The position numbers and the translations under genes are program-made. Positions 59,890-64,000 of a stretch of 64,000 nucleotides of DNA are shown here, piece by piece. The notes under the pieces were generated by a model. The model worked only from the letters and a program-made list of their open reading frames with translations, made no database searches and had not been told where the DNA came from. How positions within the stretch are numbered: the first letter of the stretch is position 1; every line of letters begins with the position of its first letter. Source of the DNA: the human T2T-CHM13v2.0 reference genome, Homo sapiens; NCBI RefSeq assembly GCF_009914755.1, contig NC_060927.1, one strand, 5' to 3'.

Positions 59890-60978
59890 TATTTTTTGAC
59901 TTTTTAATAGTGTGTATTTTGACTGATGTGAGATGGCATCTCATTGTGATTTTGATTTGTATTTTTCTGATGATTAGTGATGATGAGCATTTTTTCATAT
60001 GCTTGGCCGCTTGCATGTCTTCTTTCCAGAAGTGTCTGTTCATGTCTTTAGCCCACTTTTTAATGATTTTGATTTTTTTTTCTTGCTTGTCAAATTAAGT
60101 TCCTTATGGATTTGGGATATTAGACTTTTGTCAGATGTATAGTTTGTGAATATTTTCTCCCATTCTGTAGGTTGTCTACTTTGTTGATAGTTTATTTTGT
60201 TGCACAGAAGCTCTTTCATTTAATTAGATCCCACTTGTCAATTTTTGTTTTGTTGCAATTGCTTTTAAACACTTAGTCATAAATTCTTTCCCAAAGCTAA
60301 TGTCCAGAGTGGTATTTCCTAGATTTTCTTCTAGGATTCCTATAGTTTGAGGTCTTATATTTAAATCTTTAATATATTTTAGGTTAATTTTGTATACGGT
60401 GAAAGGTAGGGGTCTAGTTTCATTCTTTTGCATATGGCTAGCCAGTTACTCCAGCACCATTGATTGAACAGGGAGTACTTTCCCCATTGCTTATTTTTAT
60501 TGACTTTGTTGAAGATCATATGGCTGTAGGTTGTGTGGCTTTCTTTCAGAGTTCTCACTTTCATTGGTCTATGTGTCTGTTTTTGTACTAGTGCCATGCT
60601 GTTTTAGTTACTGTAGCCTTATAGTATAGTCTGAATTCAGGTAATGTAATGTCTCTGGCTTTGTTATTTTTGATTAGGATTGCTTTGGCTACTTGGGTTC
60701 TTTTTTTTTGGTTCCATATGAATTTTAGACTAGTTTTTTTCTTCTGTGAAAAATGACATTGGTAGTTTGATAGCAATAGCATTGAATCTGTAGATTGCTT
60801 TGGGCATTATGGCCATTTTAACTATATTGATTCTCCCAATCCATGAGCATGGAATGTTCTTCCATTTGTTCATGTCAATTTGTGATGTCTTTCATCAGTG
60901 TTTTGTAGTTCTCCTTGTAGAGATCTTTCTACATCCTTGGCTACATGTATTCCTGGGTGGGTGGGTGCATGCATATAT

Positions 60979-60981
<3 letters not shown>

Positions 60982-61014
<33 letters not shown>
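60982..61014. repeat. (TG)n microsatellite within L1
   Basis: Direct reading. Confidence 0.9.
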
Positions 61015-61015
<1 letters not shown>

Positions 61016-63430
61016 TATTATAAATGGAGTTACATTCTCAATCTGGTTCTAAGTTTGAATTTATTGATGTATATAAATGCTAATGGTTTTTGTAGATTGA
61101 TTTTGTATCTTGAAACTTTATTGAAGTCATTTATCAGTTCTAGAATCCTTTCGGTATAATCTTTAGGGTTTTTTAGGTGTAAAATCATATCATCAGCAAA
61201 GAGAGATATTTTGACTTCTTTTTCTATTTGGATGCCTTTCATTTCTTTCTCTTGTCTGACTGCTCTGGTTAGGACTTCCAATACTATGTTGAATAGGAGT
61301 GGTGAGAGTGGGCATTCTTGTCTTGTTCCAGTTCTTAAGAGGAATGCTTCTAGCTTTTGCCCATTCAGTATGATGTTGGTTGTGGGTTTGTCACAGGTGT
61401 CCCTTATTATTTTGAGGTGTGTTCCTTTGATGCCCTGTTTGTTGAGCATTTTTATCATGAAGGGATATGGAATTTTATCCAAAGCTTTTTCCATGTCTAT
61501 TGAGATGGTCATATGGTTTTTGTTTTTAATTATATTTATGTGTTGAATCACATTTATTGATTTGTGTATGTTGAACCAACCTTGCTTCTCAGGAAAGAAC
61601 CCTACTTGATTGTGGTGGATTAACTGATGTGCTGCTGGATTTGGTTGGCTAGTATTTTGTTGAGGATTTTTGCACCTATGTTCTTCAGAGATATTGGCTT
61701 ATAGTTTTCTTTTTTCATTGTGTCTTTGTCAGGTTTTGGTATGAGGGTGATGCTGGCTTTAGAGAATGAGTTGGAGAGAATTCCCTCCTCCTCAATTTAT
61801 TTGAATAGTTTCAGTAGAATAGTTATGAGTTGTTTGTATGTCTGGTAGAATTCAGCTGTGAATCTGTCTAGTCCAGGGCTTATTTTGGTTGGTAGGTTTT
61901 TTATAACTGATTCAATTTTGGAATTAAATATTGGTCTGTTCGAGGTTTCAATTTCTTCCTTATTCAATCTTGAGAGGTTTTGTGTTCCCAGGAATTTATC
62001 CATATCCTCTAGATTTTCTAGTTTGTGTGCATAGAGATGTTCATAATAGTCTCTGAGAATCTTTTGTATTTCTGTGGGATCAGTTGTCACCTTTGTCATT
62101 TCTGACGCTGCTTATTTGGATATTCTCTCTTTTTTCCTTGTTAATCTATCTACCAGTGTGTTGATCTTGCTTATCCTTTCAAAAAAAAAAAAAACACGAA
62201 CTTTTGGTTTCGTTGATTCTTTGTGTGGATTTTTGGGTCCCAATTTTGTTTCATTCTGCTATGAATTTAGTTATTTTCCTCTGCTTGCTTTGGAGTTAGT
62301 TTGTTCACATTTTGTAGTTCCTGTAGGTGTGATGTTAGATCATTAATTTGAGATATTTCTAACTTTTAAAAGTAGGCAGTGCTATTAAATTTTCCTCTCA
62401 ACACTATTTTTGCTGCATCCCAGAGATTTTGGTATGTTCTATCTCTGTTTTCATTTTTTTCAAATAATTTTTTGATTGCTCTCTGAATTTTATTGCTTAC
62501 TCAAAAGTCATTTTGGAGCAAGTTGTTTAATTTCCATGTAATTGTGGGGTTTTGAGAGATCATCTTGATATTGATTTCTGTTTTTATTCTATTTCTATTA
62601 CATTGGCCTTAGAATATGGTTGGTATGATTTTGATTCTTTTGAGTTTATTGAGACTTGCTTTATGGCCAATTATGTGGTTGATCTTGGAGTATTTTCCAC
62701 ATACAGATGAGAAGAATAAACATTCTTTGGTTGACAGGTGGAATATTCTGTGAATTTCTATTAGGTCCAATTGGTCAAATGTTGAATTTTAGTTCAGAAT
62801 TTCTTTGTTAAGTTTTCTGCTTTGATGATCTGTCTAATGCTGTCAATGGGGTGTTGAAGTCCCCTACTATTATTGTTTGGCTGTCTATATCTTTTTGTAT
62901 GTCTAGAAGTAGACATGCATGAATCTGGGTGCTCCAATGTTGGGTGCATATGTATTTAGGATACTTAAGTCTTCTTGAACTGAACACTTTATTATTACAT
63001 AATGCCCTTCTTTGTCCTTTTTTACTGTTGTTGGTCTAGAATCTGGTTTATCTGATAAAGGAATACCGACCCCTACTCTTTTTTGTTTTCCATTTACATG
63101 ATAGATCTTTCTCCAATCCTTCACTTCAAGCCCCTAGGTGTTTTTATGTGTGAGATGGGTCTTGTTATTTTATCCAACTTGCCACTTTCTGCCTTTTAAG
63201 TGTGGCATTTAGATCATTAAAAGATTTTATTTCTCCTTTACTTATGAAGCTTAGTTTGATGGAATATGAAATTCTTGGTTGGAAATTTTTTCTTTACGAA
63301 TGCAAAAAAAAAGAAAAAAATAGGCCCCCAGTCTCTCCTGAGTTGTAAGGTTTCTGCTGAGAAGTCTGCTATTGAACTGATAGAGTTCTTTTTATACAAG
63401 ATCTCTAGTTTCCTTTATCAGTGTTTTCTA

Positions 63431-63781
<351 letters not shown>

Positions 63782-64000
63782 TCATTTGTATAGTATCTCA
63801 CAGGTGTTCTCTGGGTTTCTTGTATCTGAATGTTTATGTCTCTGGCAAGATTAGAGAAATTTTCTTGAATTATTCTCCCAAATATGTTTTCCAGGTTGTT
63901 TATGTTTTCTCCTTTTATCTCAAGAATGTCAATAATTTATCATAGATGTGTTTGCTTTACATAATTCTATATTTCTCAAAAATTTTATCTTTTAAATTTA

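Overview
Primate (most likely human/hominoid) intergenic or intronic DNA dominated by interspersed repeats. I can support no intact host protein-coding gene, and most track ORFs are chance or repeat-derived frames. There are six primate L1 insertions (subfamilies roughly L1PA2/3 to L1PA16), three with 5' inversions (twin priming) and readable target-site duplications (TSDs). Other repeats include Alus, MaLR/ERV solo LTRs (including MER41A), L2, MIR and hAT fragments. The main non-repeat signals are a degraded TRMT112 processed pseudogene (~54240-54842, minus), a near-perfect REST/NRSF RE1 site (7316-7336), a 48-bp-arm palindrome (25647-25750), a recent ~343-bp local duplication (17183-17526 / 20410-20751) and a possible gene-conversion signature between two L1 copies. 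I found no evidence of a new multi-gene biological system. Subfamily calls come from recalled consensus sequences, and boundaries of old repeats are approximate.
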